This document shows, in pieces, positions 1 to 10,081 of a stretch of DNA of 64,000 nt. The stretch's first letter is position 1. Each line of letters starts with the position of its first letter. Both the position numbers and the translations under genes were made by a program. The notes beneath the pieces were generated by a model that worked only from the letters and a program-made list of their open reading frames with translations, was not told the origin of the DNA and searched no databases. The stretch is from an uncultured Alphaproteobacteria bacterium (lineage in GTDB: Bacteria; Pseudomonadota; Alphaproteobacteria; Rhizobiales; Xanthobacteraceae). Where the stretch lies: positions 657 through 64,656 of the forward strand of contig CAWHLG010000004.1 of NCBI GenBank assembly GCA_963830015.1. Reading direction: 5' to 3'.

Positions 1-274
1 GGAACTTGATCGGCTTGTCGGTGACCTTCTTGATCTCGTCGACGTATTGCTGCCCGCCGGTCGGCCGCCCGTAGGCCACCGGATCGGTCGCGATGACGCC
101 GTCCTTGGTGACGATGAACATCGACTGATGGTTGCCGTTGCGGAAGATGTAGACGTTTTCGGTGCCGTCGACCTTCTTGGTCTCGATCTGCGGCCGTTGC
201 TGCGCCTGCGCCGGAAGCCCGAGCGCAGCCGCGAGCAGCACGGCTCCCAGCGATGAGTAGAGAACACGCTTCAT
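1..274 (-). CDS. MBL-fold metallo-hydrolase, secreted (5' part only; runs off the window edge)
   Basis: Manual translation from ATG 274: MKRVLYSSLGAVLLAAALGLPAQAQQRPQIETKKVDGTENVYIFRNGNHQSMFIVTKDGVIATDP... Signal peptide and typical MBL N-terminal strands; GGAGG RBS upstream. Confidence 0.7.
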   Translation of the reverse strand, partial: MKRVLYSSLGAVLLAAALGLPAQAQQRPQIETKKVDGTENVYIFRNGNHQSMFIVTKDGVIATDPVAYGRPTGGQQYVDEIKKVTDKPIKF

Positions 275-448
275 AGTCGCCCCTCCTGGATAGTCATGCC
301 GCGAAGCGTTCTTCGCAGCGTTGGCGGCGCGAGCCTACGACGGGGCATCGGCGATTGCCATGATGCGCCGGGCGGATCGAGCCTGCCTCACAAACAATTG
401 CGGCGCGCGCCTATTCCGGCACGCGCCGCACAATTTTCTTGAAATCGT

Positions 449-1357
449 TTACTGTGCGCCGCCGAGGAAGCCCGCGATCTTCCAGCCGCCGCCTTCCTTG
501 GCGTAGCAGATCGCGTCGTGGCCCAGCGGGCTGATGGCGTCGCCCGGTACGAAGCCGACCTTGCCGGAGGGGGCGACGACCTTGATCATCGGATTGTCGC
601 TGCTCGGCTCGGTGCCGTCCTCCATGACGCGGATGAAGTGCATCCCAAGCTTCTCGACCACCGCCGCGTTGGGCTGCGCCGTGGCGCGCATCTCCAGGCC
701 CGGCTCGGTCGGATAGGCCCAGTCGCCTTCCTCGGTGCCGGTGGCCTTGGCCAGGGTCTCGAGCTGCTTAAAGTCGAACTGCGGCTCGGCCGGCCCGCAG
801 ATCGTGTCCTTGCGCTCCGGGAAGGGCGTGCCGGTCGGATCGGCGGCAAAGCTCTGCAGCACTTCCCAGCCGGAGCCGTCCTTGGCGTCGAGCCCGATCG
901 CTTTCGCAAGATTTTCGATGCCCGGCCGCTTCTTGTCGGCGCGGTCGCCCTTTTCGCCCATCCAGAAGAAGGTCTTCGACACCATGTCGGCAATCGCCTT
1001 GCGGTCTTTCTTCTCGGCGGCGGCGCCGATCTTCTTGCGGAAGGCCTCGAAGCTCGGATCGTTCACCATCGGCGGCGCCGTGATGGCGACCGGCGTGTAC
1101 GGCTTCGGCGGGGCGGCTTGCTGCTGCGGAGGCTGTTCTTGCGGCGGGCGCTGCTGGCCCTGCTGCTGTTGCTGCTGTTGCGGCGGCGCGGCCTGCGGCC
1201 GTTGCTGCTGCTGCTGTTGTTGACCGCCCTGTTGACCACCGGCCGGAGGCAATTGTCCGGGGCGCGGCAACTGGTTCTGCGCGAGGCTCGAGGCGACGGT
1301 CCCGGCGAGCAAAAGCGAAGCGGTGATGCAGCCTGCAGCAATGACGCGATAGCCCAT
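449..1357 (-). CDS. Secreted hypothetical protein with Gln/Pro-rich linker
   Basis: 302 aa ORF with signal peptide, poly-Q tract and a globular C-terminal part clearly paralogous to the neighbouring gene. Confidence 0.75.
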   Translation of the reverse strand: MGYRVIAAGCITASLLLAGTVASSLAQNQLPRPGQLPPAGGQQGGQQQQQQQRPQAAPPQQQQQQQGQQRPPQEQPPQQQAAPPKPYTPVAITAPPMVNDPSFEAFRKKIGAAAEKKDRKAIADMVSKTFFWMGEKGDRADKKRPGIENLAKAIGLDAKDGSGWEVLQSFAADPTGTPFPERKDTICGPAEPQFDFKQLETLAKATGTEEGDWAYPTEPGLEMRATAQPNAAVVEKLGMHFIRVMEDGTEPSSDNPMIKVVAPSGKVGFVPGDAISPLGHDAICYAKEGGGWKIAGFLGGAQ

Positions 1358-1442
1358 CGGGGCGTCTCCTTGGGTAAGTTCGATGCGTGGAATCTACGCC
1401 CAATTAAGTCGCTGTTGCGACTGCGCCGGTTCGATTTCAGCG

Positions 1443-2241
1443 CTATTTTCCGGCAGTTCCTGCCGCGGAATCGCCGTCCTGGTTGCCGGCGGCGATAAAG
1501 CCTGCGATCCGCCAGCCCAGCACCAAGTCTTTGATGTAGCAAAGACGTTCGCCGGTGAGTGACATCAGGCTGCCGGGTGTGGTGTAGCCGGTCCCGCCGT
1601 CCGGCAGGACCACGCGCGCCCAGTGGCTGCGCTCGGGTGTGGATTCGGGTTTGGGCTCGCCGCCCGCATCCTCGAAGCCCAGCAGGCGGACGAACTGCAA
1701 GCCGAGCCGGCCGACCTGGGGCGCGTCAGGCAGCGGGGCGGCACGCACCGCCGTCTCGTCGGCGCGCGGATAGGCCCAGTCGGCGTGGCCGGTATAGGTC
1801 TTGTCGAGCAGCCTGGAGAGTTCGACGCTGTCATAGACCGGCCGGGCCGGTGCGCAGATGACGCCCGGCCGGGACTTCGAGCGGCTCCACCGCCTGCTCG
1901 GTGGCCAGCATCGCCAGCCGGTCCCAGCCGGCGCCGTTGCGGCGCTCGAGCGCGACCGCGGCGGCGAAATTGTCGGCCGCGGGCCGTCGCTGATCGTGGC
2001 CGCGGTCGAAGTCGCGGTCCCAGAAGAAGCCTTGCGCCTGGACCAGCGCCGCGAGATCGGCATAGACGCGGCTCCTGGCGGCGGCAGCGACGGCTGAGCG
2101 GAACGCGACGAAGCCCGGATCGGCGGATGGCGCGGGCCGGGCGATCGGGACGGCTGCGTAAGGCTTCGGCGGGCGCGGCGCGATCTGCGCCACGGCGACC
2201 GTGGCGAGCAGCGCGAAGGCGGTTGCGAACGTCAATCGCAA
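1443..2241 (-). CDS. Secreted hypothetical protein, paralog of 449..1357 (frameshift at ~1876)
   Basis: ORFs 1831..2241 and 1443..2063 join across GACTTC at 1873-1878. Shared motifs with the neighbour: PPKPY, DPxFxAFR, FFW, ICxP, WAYP, CYxK...WxIAGF. Confidence 0.7.
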
Positions 2242-2382
2242 GGGACATGCATCGGTTGATGGGCCGAATCAGCGCGGCGAGCTTAGAGCACGAATGTGAC
2301 ACCTGTGAATCCCCTGCCAAACCGCGACACCGGCCGCGGCGCGTGGTAGCCGGGGTCTCAATCGGATGTTCAAGAGACTGTC

Positions 2383-2739
2383 ATGCCCACATTCATGTCG
2401 CCTTATCTGCTGCCGGTCCTTCTGCTGATCGGCTCCAATATCTTCATGACCATCGCCTGGTACGGTCATCTTCGTTTCAAGGAAACGCCGCTGCTCGGCG
2501 TCATTCTCGCGAGCTGGGGCATTGCGCTGGTCGAATACTGCATGGCGGTGCCGGCCAACCGCTGGGGCAGCGCGGTCTATACGACGGCGCAGCTCAAGAC
2601 CATGCAGGAGGTCATAACGCTCGTGGTGTTCGCCGGCTTCTCGGTGTTCTATCTCAAGGAAGCGTTCACCTGGAATCATGCGGTTGGCTTCGCACTGATT
2701 GCCGGCGGCGTTTTTTTTGTCTTTCGCGGGCCGCTCTGA
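2383..2739 (+). CDS. DMT family protein (DUF486-like)
   Basis: 118 aa hydrophobic protein with SNIFMTIAWYGHL and QLKTMQEVITL motifs. Confidence 0.85.
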   Translation: MPTFMSPYLLPVLLLIGSNIFMTIAWYGHLRFKETPLLGVILASWGIALVEYCMAVPANRWGSAVYTTAQLKTMQEVITLVVFAGFSVFYLKEAFTWNHAVGFALIAGGVFFVFRGPL

Positions 2740-2908
2740 AGCGAGGCCACTGGCTCCAGGGACGCGGGAAATGCGATCAATCCGCGCCTCGGCGCGCCCG
2801 CCGATGTCGAGGGCGGCCGCGGCGCGACCTTGGTGCGAAGATGTGATCAAGTATCGCTAAGCCGATTCGACCGGGGTTTGCTCGGACTGCCATTCTTCGG
2901 GAATTGAT

Positions 2909-3766
2909 ATGGCCGGACTTCGGAAACTGACGCTTGCGCTGGCCATCGTCGCGACGCTGGCCGACAGTGCTCTGGCCGAGACCCCACCGGATGCAGAGCG
3001 TCGGCGAACGCTCGCGGCGCCGGCGCCCGACGGGACCAACCGGCTTCTGCCGGTCAGCCTTCAGCGTCCGCCGGGCCGTGGCCCGTTTCCGCTGGTCGTC
3101 ATCAATCACGGATCGCCGCCGTCGAAAGAGCGGCCGAAAATGGCGATGCCGACCTTCTCGAGTGCGTCGAACTGGTTTCTCGCAAAGGGCTATGCGGTGG
3201 CCCTGCCGCTTCGGCGCGGCTACGGCGCGGTCGGCGGAACGTGGGATGAAGGCTATGGACCTTGCGGCAAGCCCGACTTTCACAATGCCGGAATCGAGAC
3301 GGCGAGAGACATGGAAGCATCATTGAAGAAGGTGCTGGAAGAGGCCGACATCGCAAAGCGAGGCGTGCTCATTGTCGGTCAATCGGCCGGCGGCTGGGGC
3401 ACGCTCGCTTTGTCCACGCGGCCACACCCTGCCGTCGTTGGGCTCATCAATTTCGCAGGCGGGCGAGGCGGGCACAGGAATTCCAAGGCGGGGGAGAATT
3501 GCAGCCCCGACTCGCTCGTCAGGGCGGCCGGGGAGTTTGGCCGGAGCGCCAAGATCCCAATGCTGTGGATCTATACCGAAAACGATTCCTATTTCTCGCC
3601 CGACCTCGCGAGGTCCATGCACAAGGCCTTCACCGGCAATGGCGGAAAGGCGCAACTTCATATGCTCCCGCCGTTCGAAGAGGATGGACATCGCCTCCTT
3701 GGCAGAAGGTCCGGCGTGCCCGCGTGGGAGCCTCTCGTTGCGCCGTTCATCGCAACGTTGCGCTGA
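2909..3766 (+). CDS. Secreted alpha/beta hydrolase (dienelactone hydrolase-like)
   Basis: Signal peptide, VVINHGS, nucleophile motif GQSAGG, C-terminal DGH. Confidence 0.8.
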   Translation: MAGLRKLTLALAIVATLADSALAETPPDAERRRTLAAPAPDGTNRLLPVSLQRPPGRGPFPLVVINHGSPPSKERPKMAMPTFSSASNWFLAKGYAVALPLRRGYGAVGGTWDEGYGPCGKPDFHNAGIETARDMEASLKKVLEEADIAKRGVLIVGQSAGGWGTLALSTRPHPAVVGLINFAGGRGGHRNSKAGENCSPDSLVRAAGEFGRSAKIPMLWIYTENDSYFSPDLARSMHKAFTGNGGKAQLHMLPPFEEDGHRLLGRRSGVPAWEPLVAPFIATLR

Positions 3767-3775
3767 CGATCCGCT

Positions 3776-5839
3776 GTGCGGGCCATGATCCGACGCGTTC
3801 CGGTCCGTGCGGTCGTCTCGGCCTCGATGCTGTGCGCGCTGTCCTGCGGCTTCGCTGAAGCCGAGGCGGCGCCGCGCGGCGGATATGCCGTGGGCGCTGA
3901 AACCTGCGGCGAGGCGCCGTTCGCGTTTCCCCGGCTTCGCATCGGGCTGCGCAACGGATACTGCGCGGGGCTGGTGGCCGGCGCCGGCGACGGATTGCAA
4001 TTCCCGCGATCGATCGTCCAGGTCCCGGGTCACAACCTGTTCGTGGTCGTCGACATGGGCGGATGGATCCGGTCGAAGGGCCGCCTGCTGCTGCTCGATC
4101 CTTCGCTTCCGACGGGCCGCCGGACCAGGGTCCTGCTCGACCGCGTCGATTATCCATTCGGGCTGGTGATCGGCAACGACAACAGGATCTACAGCTCCAC
4201 CGCGGAAACGATCTTCCGGTTCGATCCGCTTGCGGCCGAACCCGCGCGCACCGTTGAAACCATCGTCAGGGGATTGCCGGCGCGCGACATCCGGCTTCCG
4301 GACGGAAGCCGGATCGACGAGAGCGCGCACATGATGAAGGCGTTCCTGTTCGACGCGGCGGGCCGGCTCTACGTCAATGTCGGCGCGCCGACCGATGCGT
4401 GCGTTGCCAAAGGGACGACCGCGAAGGGGTGCGCCGCAGGAGAGGGGCCCGCGCCGCTCGCGGCGATCTGGGCTTTCACGCCGCCGGGCGGCGTGTTCCC
4501 GGCGCTGAAGCCCGGCGACGCCAATCCGCCGATGCAGGTCTTCGCGCGCGGGCTCCGCAACTCGATGGCGCTGGCCGTGCATCCGCGCTTCCCCGCCGAC
4601 GGCGTTGCGTTCCTGCAGGCGGAGAACGCGCGCGATCTACCGGACCCGAAGAGCCCCAACGAGGAGCTGAACGCGATCGAGCAGGGCAGGCATTACGGCT
4701 GGCCCTACTGCTACGACCTTGCGACCGCGAGTCCGGAGTTCAAGGCGTTTCTCCAGGCCAGCCCGGCCTACAGGGATTTCTGCAACAACAAGGCGGCGTA
4801 TCGCCAGCCCCACTCTTTGCTGCCGCCGCACAGCGCGCCGCTCGCGATGTTCTACTATCGCGGCAGCCGGCTTCCCGAGCTGGATGGAAAGCTTCTGCTC
4901 GGGCTGCACGGCTACCGGCCGACCGGCAGCCGGGTGATCTTCTACGACGTCGACGCCAGGGGCTTTCCCGCCGTCAGTCCCGCGCCGGTGCGGTACAACG
5001 TGAGCTGCGCGGCCGAGCCCACCAGTCCGTTCCGGACCGCGCAGGAGCCGCAGGTGCCGGCGGCGGCGTTCACCGAACTCATATCGCAGTGGCACAAGGT
5101 GAACGGCGTGCGGCCGCAGGGCGCTCCGGTCGGCATGACGGTGGCCGCCGATGGCGCGATCTGGCTGGTCGAGGACAAGAACGCGACGGTCATCCGGATC
5201 GACGCCTCGCCGGGCACGCAGACGGAGGAGCTGCCCTGCGGCGCCCGCACCGGCCAGCAGATCGACCGGCTGATCGCCTATGTCCGCGCGAACGACGCGA
5301 ACAGGCGGCGCCTGCGCCAGATGCGGACCGGGCTCGTCGAGAAACATTGCGCCGGTTGCCATTCGGACTTCGATCTCCGCCCGGAGCAATCCGACGATCA
5401 GCGGGATGACGCCGTGCTGCGGTTCGCGCTGTCGCAGGACGGCTGGATCTATCCGGGCGATCCGGACGCCGGACGGCTCCGGACCCGGCTCCGCGGCATC
5501 GGGTCGGAGAAGGTGATGCCTGCCAACGGCCGCGACCTCATCGCCAAGGATCCCGCGTACCGGGCGCTGCTCGACTCGATCGACCTGCTGGTGGGAACCA
5601 TGGTGCCCGGCCAGCGCATGCGCGTGCGGCCCGGCCGGGTCGATCGCAGGTTCTACGACAAAAGCGGGAAAACCTGCGGCGCCATTCCCACCAACACGGT
5701 CGTCGTGGTGACCGAGAAGGCCGCCCGGGAAAAACCGGGTTTCAGCCGCATGTATCGCCCGGCCGATATCCATCTCAATGGCGAGTGCACGGACGACAAC
5801 GGGTATTACCTTGAACAAAGCAATGTCGCGCCTCTTTAG
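3776..5839 (+). CDS. Glucose/sorbosone dehydrogenase-family beta-propeller fused to a c-type cytochrome domain
   Basis: 687 aa with FARGLRNS, YGWPYC, HSAPLAMFY and GAPVGMTVAADGAIWL propeller motifs, plus C-terminal CAGCH heme motif followed by IYPGDPD...VMP. Confidence 0.8.
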   Translation: MRAMIRRVPVRAVVSASMLCALSCGFAEAEAAPRGGYAVGAETCGEAPFAFPRLRIGLRNGYCAGLVAGAGDGLQFPRSIVQVPGHNLFVVVDMGGWIRSKGRLLLLDPSLPTGRRTRVLLDRVDYPFGLVIGNDNRIYSSTAETIFRFDPLAAEPARTVETIVRGLPARDIRLPDGSRIDESAHMMKAFLFDAAGRLYVNVGAPTDACVAKGTTAKGCAAGEGPAPLAAIWAFTPPGGVFPALKPGDANPPMQVFARGLRNSMALAVHPRFPADGVAFLQAENARDLPDPKSPNEELNAIEQGRHYGWPYCYDLATASPEFKAFLQASPAYRDFCNNKAAYRQPHSLLPPHSAPLAMFYYRGSRLPELDGKLLLGLHGYRPTGSRVIFYDVDARGFPAVSPAPVRYNVSCAAEPTSPFRTAQEPQVPAAAFTELISQWHKVNGVRPQGAPVGMTVAADGAIWLVEDKNATVIRIDASPGTQTEELPCGARTGQQIDRLIAYVRANDANRRRLRQMRTGLVEKHCAGCHSDFDLRPEQSDDQRDDAVLRFALSQDGWIYPGDPDAGRLRTRLRGIGSEKVMPANGRDLIAKDPAYRALLDSIDLLVGTMVPGQRMRVRPGRVDRRFYDKSGKTCGAIPTNTVVVVTEKAAREKPGFSRMYRPADIHLNGECTDDNGYYLEQSNVAPL

Positions 5840-6744
5840 GCTGTTTGCCGCTCTGCTGGTCTGCGGACCGGCGTATGCGGATCCTGCGCTGTTTCAAAGC
5901 CGGCAGGTGACGCGGGCGGGCGAATACACGTTCGGGATCGAGGGCCCTGCCGTCGACGCCGCCGGAAATCTCTACGTCGTCAACTTCCAGAGGGCCGGAA
6001 CGATCGGCAGGCTGCGGCCGAACGCGGCGGCCTCCGAGCTCTTCGCCACGTTGCCGGCAGGCAGCATCGGCGTCTCGACCCGATTCTCTCCCGACGGCCG
6101 GATGTTCATCGCGGACTACAAGAAGCACAACATCTTCGTCATCGAGCCCGGCAGTACCGTTCCGCGCGAATACTTTCGGTCCGACGCCTTCAACCAGCCC
6201 AACGACATGACCATCGCGAAGGACGGCACGATCTATGCGAGCGATCCGCACTGGAAGCGGCGCGACGGGCAGATCTGGAAAATTGCCCGCACCGCCGACG
6301 GCAAGGTCCAGGGCGGGCCGATGACCAGCCCGCGGGCGCTCAGCACGACCAACGGCATCGATCTCAGCCCGGACGAGAAGACCCTTTACGTCGGCGAGTT
6401 CGAACACCCGGGAAATCTGGGCCTATCGCATCGAAGGCTCGAAGCTCGTGTCGCCGCGCCTCGTCAAGAAATTCCCCGACCATGACATCGATGGCATCAG
6501 GACCGACGTCGACGGCCGCATCTATGCGGCCCGCATGCTGCACGGCACGGTGGTGATCCTGACCGACAGCGGGCGCGTCGAACGCGAGATCCCGCTCACC
6601 GCGTCCGAGCCCAGCAATTTCGCGTTCGGCGGTGTCGACGGCCGCACGATCTTCGTCACCCAGCGCAAGGGCGGCTACATCGAGTCGTTCCGGGTCGATC
6701 GTCCCGGCCGGGAGTTCTGCATGCAGCGGAGTCATCGTTGTTGA
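5823..6744 (+). CDS. SMP-30/gluconolactonase family protein (frameshift at ~6399)
   Basis: EGPAVD, QPNDM, NGIDLSPD and DGIRTDVDG motifs. Removing one T from GAGTTC (6396-6401) restores ...GESNTREIWAYR... Confidence 0.85.
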
Positions 6745-6786
6745 GCCTGTTTGTGGAGACATTTGCCACATCGGCGGTGCCGCGCT

Positions 6787-6973
6787 CCCTCCCCCTGAAA
6801 GGGGGAGGGTCGGGGTGGGGGTCAGCCCCACGCTCCGAACAAGCGTCGGAGCTTCTCGCGTCATCGAAAACTTGCTGAACGTTATCGCAGCGAAGACCGG
6901 CGAATTGGACACAGCAGCAGCGCACTCGGCGCCCAAAGTGACCCCCACCCTAACCCTCCCCCTTTCAGGGGGA
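6787..6973. repeat. REP-like inverted repeat pair (CCCTCCCCC-loop-GGGGGAGGG family) flanking ~115 bp
   Basis: The arm at 6787-6823 and the arm at 6940-6973 are reverse complements over ~34 bp with 2 mismatches, and each arm is itself a hairpin. Confidence 0.8.
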
Positions 6974-7077
6974 CCTACCGCCGGCGTTGCACGACATGCG
7001 ATTGCTCTGCCCTCGCGGGGAGGGATGACACCGCCGATCCCGGATGGGAGACTGCCCGGAGCGACGGGGAGGCCGAC

Positions 7078-8049
7078 GTGTTCGTCCAGTTGTTCAGGTT
7101 TGCGATGGCCGGAGCGCTCGCGCTCTCGTTGTGTCCGCAATCCCACGCCCAGGACTGGCCGCAGCGTCCGCTGAAGATCATGGTGATCGCGGCGCCGGGC
7201 GGGTTGCCCGATCTGATGGCGCGTCTTGTCGCCAGGCATCTGACGGAATCGCTCGGCCAGCCGGTGGTGGTCGAGAACCGGGCGGGCGCGGGCGGCAACA
7301 TGGCGGCGCTTGCGGTCGCCAAGGCCGCGCCCGACGGCTATACGCTTTTGCTGACCGGCAACAACCACGCGGTCAATCCGACGCTGATCCCCGACGCCGG
7401 CTTCGACTACGAGCGCGATCTCGCGCCGGTGACCATGGTGGCGGAAGCCAACATGCTGCTGGTCGCGCATCCCTCGCTCGGCGTCGGCAATGTGCGGGAG
7501 CTGATCGCGTTTGCGACAGCAAAGCCCAACGCGGTGTCGGCGGCGATCTCGCCGATCGGCACGCCGAACCATCTCGGCGTGGAATTGCTGGCCCAGAAGG
7601 CCAGGCTGGATCTGACCTTCGTGCCTTATCCGGGGATCGGACCGGCCATGCCGGACCTGCTGGCGGGCCGCACGCATATCGCCATCTCGGCGACGTCGTC
7701 GATGCTCCCGCATGTGCAGTCCGGCGCGCTCAAGGCGCTGGCGGTGACGCGGCCGGTCCGCGCGCCGATCATGCCTGACGTTCCGACCGTCGCCGAGTCC
7801 GGCATCCCGGGCTTCGACGTCAACGCCTGGATCTGCCTGATGACCACCGGCGGCACGCCTGCGCCGGTCATTGCGCGGCTCAATGCCGAGGTGCGCAAGG
7901 CAATGGCGACCGAGGAGGTGCGCGCGAGCTTCGCCAGGCAGGGCCTCGAAGCCTCGACGATGTCGCCGGAGCAGCTTGGCGCTTACATCAAATCCGAATC
8001 CAACAGATGGGCGGACGTGCTCAAGAACGCAAAGGTGAAGAAGCAATGA
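7078..8049 (+). CDS. Tripartite tricarboxylate transporter substrate-binding protein (Bug/TctC family)
   Basis: Signal peptide, VVVENRAGAGG, APDGYTLL, VPYPG, PDVPTVAESG. Confidence 0.9.
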   Translation: MFVQLFRFAMAGALALSLCPQSHAQDWPQRPLKIMVIAAPGGLPDLMARLVARHLTESLGQPVVVENRAGAGGNMAALAVAKAAPDGYTLLLTGNNHAVNPTLIPDAGFDYERDLAPVTMVAEANMLLVAHPSLGVGNVRELIAFATAKPNAVSAAISPIGTPNHLGVELLAQKARLDLTFVPYPGIGPAMPDLLAGRTHIAISATSSMLPHVQSGALKALAVTRPVRAPIMPDVPTVAESGIPGFDVNAWICLMTTGGTPAPVIARLNAEVRKAMATEEVRASFARQGLEASTMSPEQLGAYIKSESNRWADVLKNAKVKKQ

Positions 8050-8483
8050 TCCAGATGACCCCGCTGATGAAAGACCTGCTCGACAAGGCGCTGGCCGACG
8101 GCACGCCGTGCCTGGTCGGCACCGCTTCCAAGGACGGCCGCCCGCAGATCAGCCCGAAGGGCAGCGTCGCGGTCTTCGGCGACGACACGCTCTGCTACTG
8201 GGAGCGCAGCCACCGCTCGTCGCCCAAGCGGATCGCCGAGAATCCGAATGTGATGGTCTACTACCGCAATCCCGCGCGGAAGGAGAACCCGTATCGCGCC
8301 GGCTGCATCCGCTTTCACGGCAAGGCGCGGATCGTCACCGGCGGGCCGGAATGGGAGAAGGCCTGGAGCCTGACCAACCACGAGGAACAGTCGAAGGACC
8401 CGGAGAAGAAGGGCGCGGCGGTGCTGATCGCGCTCGACCTGATCGAGCAGATCGACAGCTCCGTGATCATGAAGCGGGAATAG
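8046..8483 (+). CDS. Pyridoxamine 5'-phosphate oxidase-like FMN-binding protein
   Basis: ATGA overlap with the upstream stop; LVGTASKDGRPQISPKGS and NPNV motifs. Confidence 0.8.
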   Translation: MIQMTPLMKDLLDKALADGTPCLVGTASKDGRPQISPKGSVAVFGDDTLCYWERSHRSSPKRIAENPNVMVYYRNPARKENPYRAGCIRFHGKARIVTGGPEWEKAWSLTNHEEQSKDPEKKGAAVLIALDLIEQIDSSVIMKRE

Positions 8484-8693
8484 GACGTGAGTAACTTTTC
8501 ATCGGCTTGTTCGGTCATGTGCGACAATTGCAAGCAGCGCGATCCGGGGCAGCGCTGCTTTCGATCCAAAGCAGGCAGCGCGAGCGCCGTGCCACGGCCT
8601 TACCTTTGAGCAATGTTCGCTCGAGTCCAGGCGGACATTCGCCGAAGCCTGTCCTAAAATCGCTGTTGTCAGTACACATCTCAGAGAAAAGAC

Positions 8694-9647
8694 ATGGCCA
8701 CGCATAAACTGGATGCTTCACCCGAAACCGTGCACTGGGGCTATTTCGACGCGGCGCTGAAGCCGCTGGTGACCATCGATTCCGGCGACACCATCACGAT
8801 CTCCACGGTGTCGGGCACGCTCGGCCATCTGCCGAAACCGGAAACCGGCTTGACCGTGCTGCCCGAGCTCGCGGCGATCCATCAGAAGGTGCAGCCGAAG
8901 CTCGGCGGCCCGCACATTCTCACCGGGCCGGTGGCGGTACGCGGCGCGAAAGCCGGACAGGTTCTGGAAGTTCGCATCAAGGCGATCGAGCTCAACCAGG
9001 ACTGGGGCTACAACACCATCCGTCCGCTCGCCGGCGCCTTGCCCGACGACTTCAAGACCATGCGGCTCATTCACATCCCGCTCGACAAGCAGCGGATGAT
9101 CGGCAAGCTGCCGTGGGGGCTCGATCTCGATCTCAAGCCGTTCTTCGGCATCATGGCGGTGGCGCCGCCCGCCGCCTGGGGCATGATCAATTCGCCGCCG
9201 CCGCGTCGCAACGGCGGCAATCTCGACAACAAGGAATTGGTGGCGGGCACCACGCTCTATCTGCCGATCCACACCGACGGCGCGCTGTTCTCCTGCGGCG
9301 ACGGTCACGGCGCGCAGGGCGACGGCGAGGTCTGCATCACCGCCATCGAGACCGGGCTCATTGGCACCTTCGAGCTGATCGTGCGGCCCGACATGACGCT
9401 GGAATGGCCGATGGCCGAGACGCCGACCCATGTGATGACCATGGCGTTCGACCCCGACCTTGACGACTGCGTGGTGATCGCGCTGCGCGACATGATCAAG
9501 CTGATCTGCGCGCGCACCGGCATCTCGCGCGAGGACGCCTACACGCTGTGCAGCCTGGCCGCCGATCTGCGCGTGACGCAGGTGGTGAATGGTGCGAAGG
9601 GCATTCACGTGATGCTGGAGAAGAAGCTGCTGCAGGCGAAGAAGTAG
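8694..9647 (+). CDS. Acetamidase/formamidase family protein
   Basis: VHWGYFD, HILTGPVAVRGA, GGNLD, GDGHGAQGDGEV and AIET motifs. Confidence 0.92.
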   Translation: MATHKLDASPETVHWGYFDAALKPLVTIDSGDTITISTVSGTLGHLPKPETGLTVLPELAAIHQKVQPKLGGPHILTGPVAVRGAKAGQVLEVRIKAIELNQDWGYNTIRPLAGALPDDFKTMRLIHIPLDKQRMIGKLPWGLDLDLKPFFGIMAVAPPAAWGMINSPPPRRNGGNLDNKELVAGTTLYLPIHTDGALFSCGDGHGAQGDGEVCITAIETGLIGTFELIVRPDMTLEWPMAETPTHVMTMAFDPDLDDCVVIALRDMIKLICARTGISREDAYTLCSLAADLRVTQVVNGAKGIHVMLEKKLLQAKK

Positions 9648-9677
9648 CTGCACAGGCGCGGCACTCCGGAGGAATCC

Positions 9678-10081
9678 ATGAGCGAGCCTGTGTTTGCCGA
9701 CGGGAGTGTGTACGAACGGCTGATGGGCCGCTGGAGCAGGCTGGCCGGCCGGACGTTCCTGGACTGGCTCGCCTTGCCGAAGGGCCTGCGTTGCATCGAT
9801 GTCGGCTGCGGCAACGGTGCGTTCACCGAGGAGCTGATCGCGCACAGCGCGCCTGCGGGAGTTGCCGGCGTCGATCCGTCGGACGGACAGCTTGCGCATG
9901 CGCGCAGCCGGACTGAGGCGAGGCTTGCACAGTTTCAGACCGGCGACGCGCAGGCGCTGCCGTTTGCCGACCGCTCGTTCGACGCGGCCCTGATGGCGCT
10001 GGTGATCAGCTTCGTGCCGGATCCCGCCAAGGCCGTTCGCGAGATGGCTCGCGTGACGCGGCCGGGGGGCGTGGTCGCCAC
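9678..10081 (+). pseudogene. Class I SAM-dependent methyltransferase, 3'-truncated (ORF runs on to 10358 into ParE sequence)
   Basis: YERLMGRWS, IDVGCGNG, GDAQALPF and ARVTRPGG motifs. Similarity to the family stops after GGVVAT. Confidence 0.7.

Noticed and set aside
1120-1250. CAG/CAA tracts as a phase-variable repeat
   Set aside because: The triplets are mixed and in frame, encoding a Gln-rich linker; no on/off switching is expected.
6824-6939. DUF559 endonuclease remnant between the REP arms
   Set aside because: Only vague resemblance (VIENLLNVIAAK); not supportable without an HMM search.
8578-8600. Sigma54-like TGGCAC-N5-TCGC on the minus strand
   Set aside because: Mismatch at -12, and it points antisense into the upstream gene.
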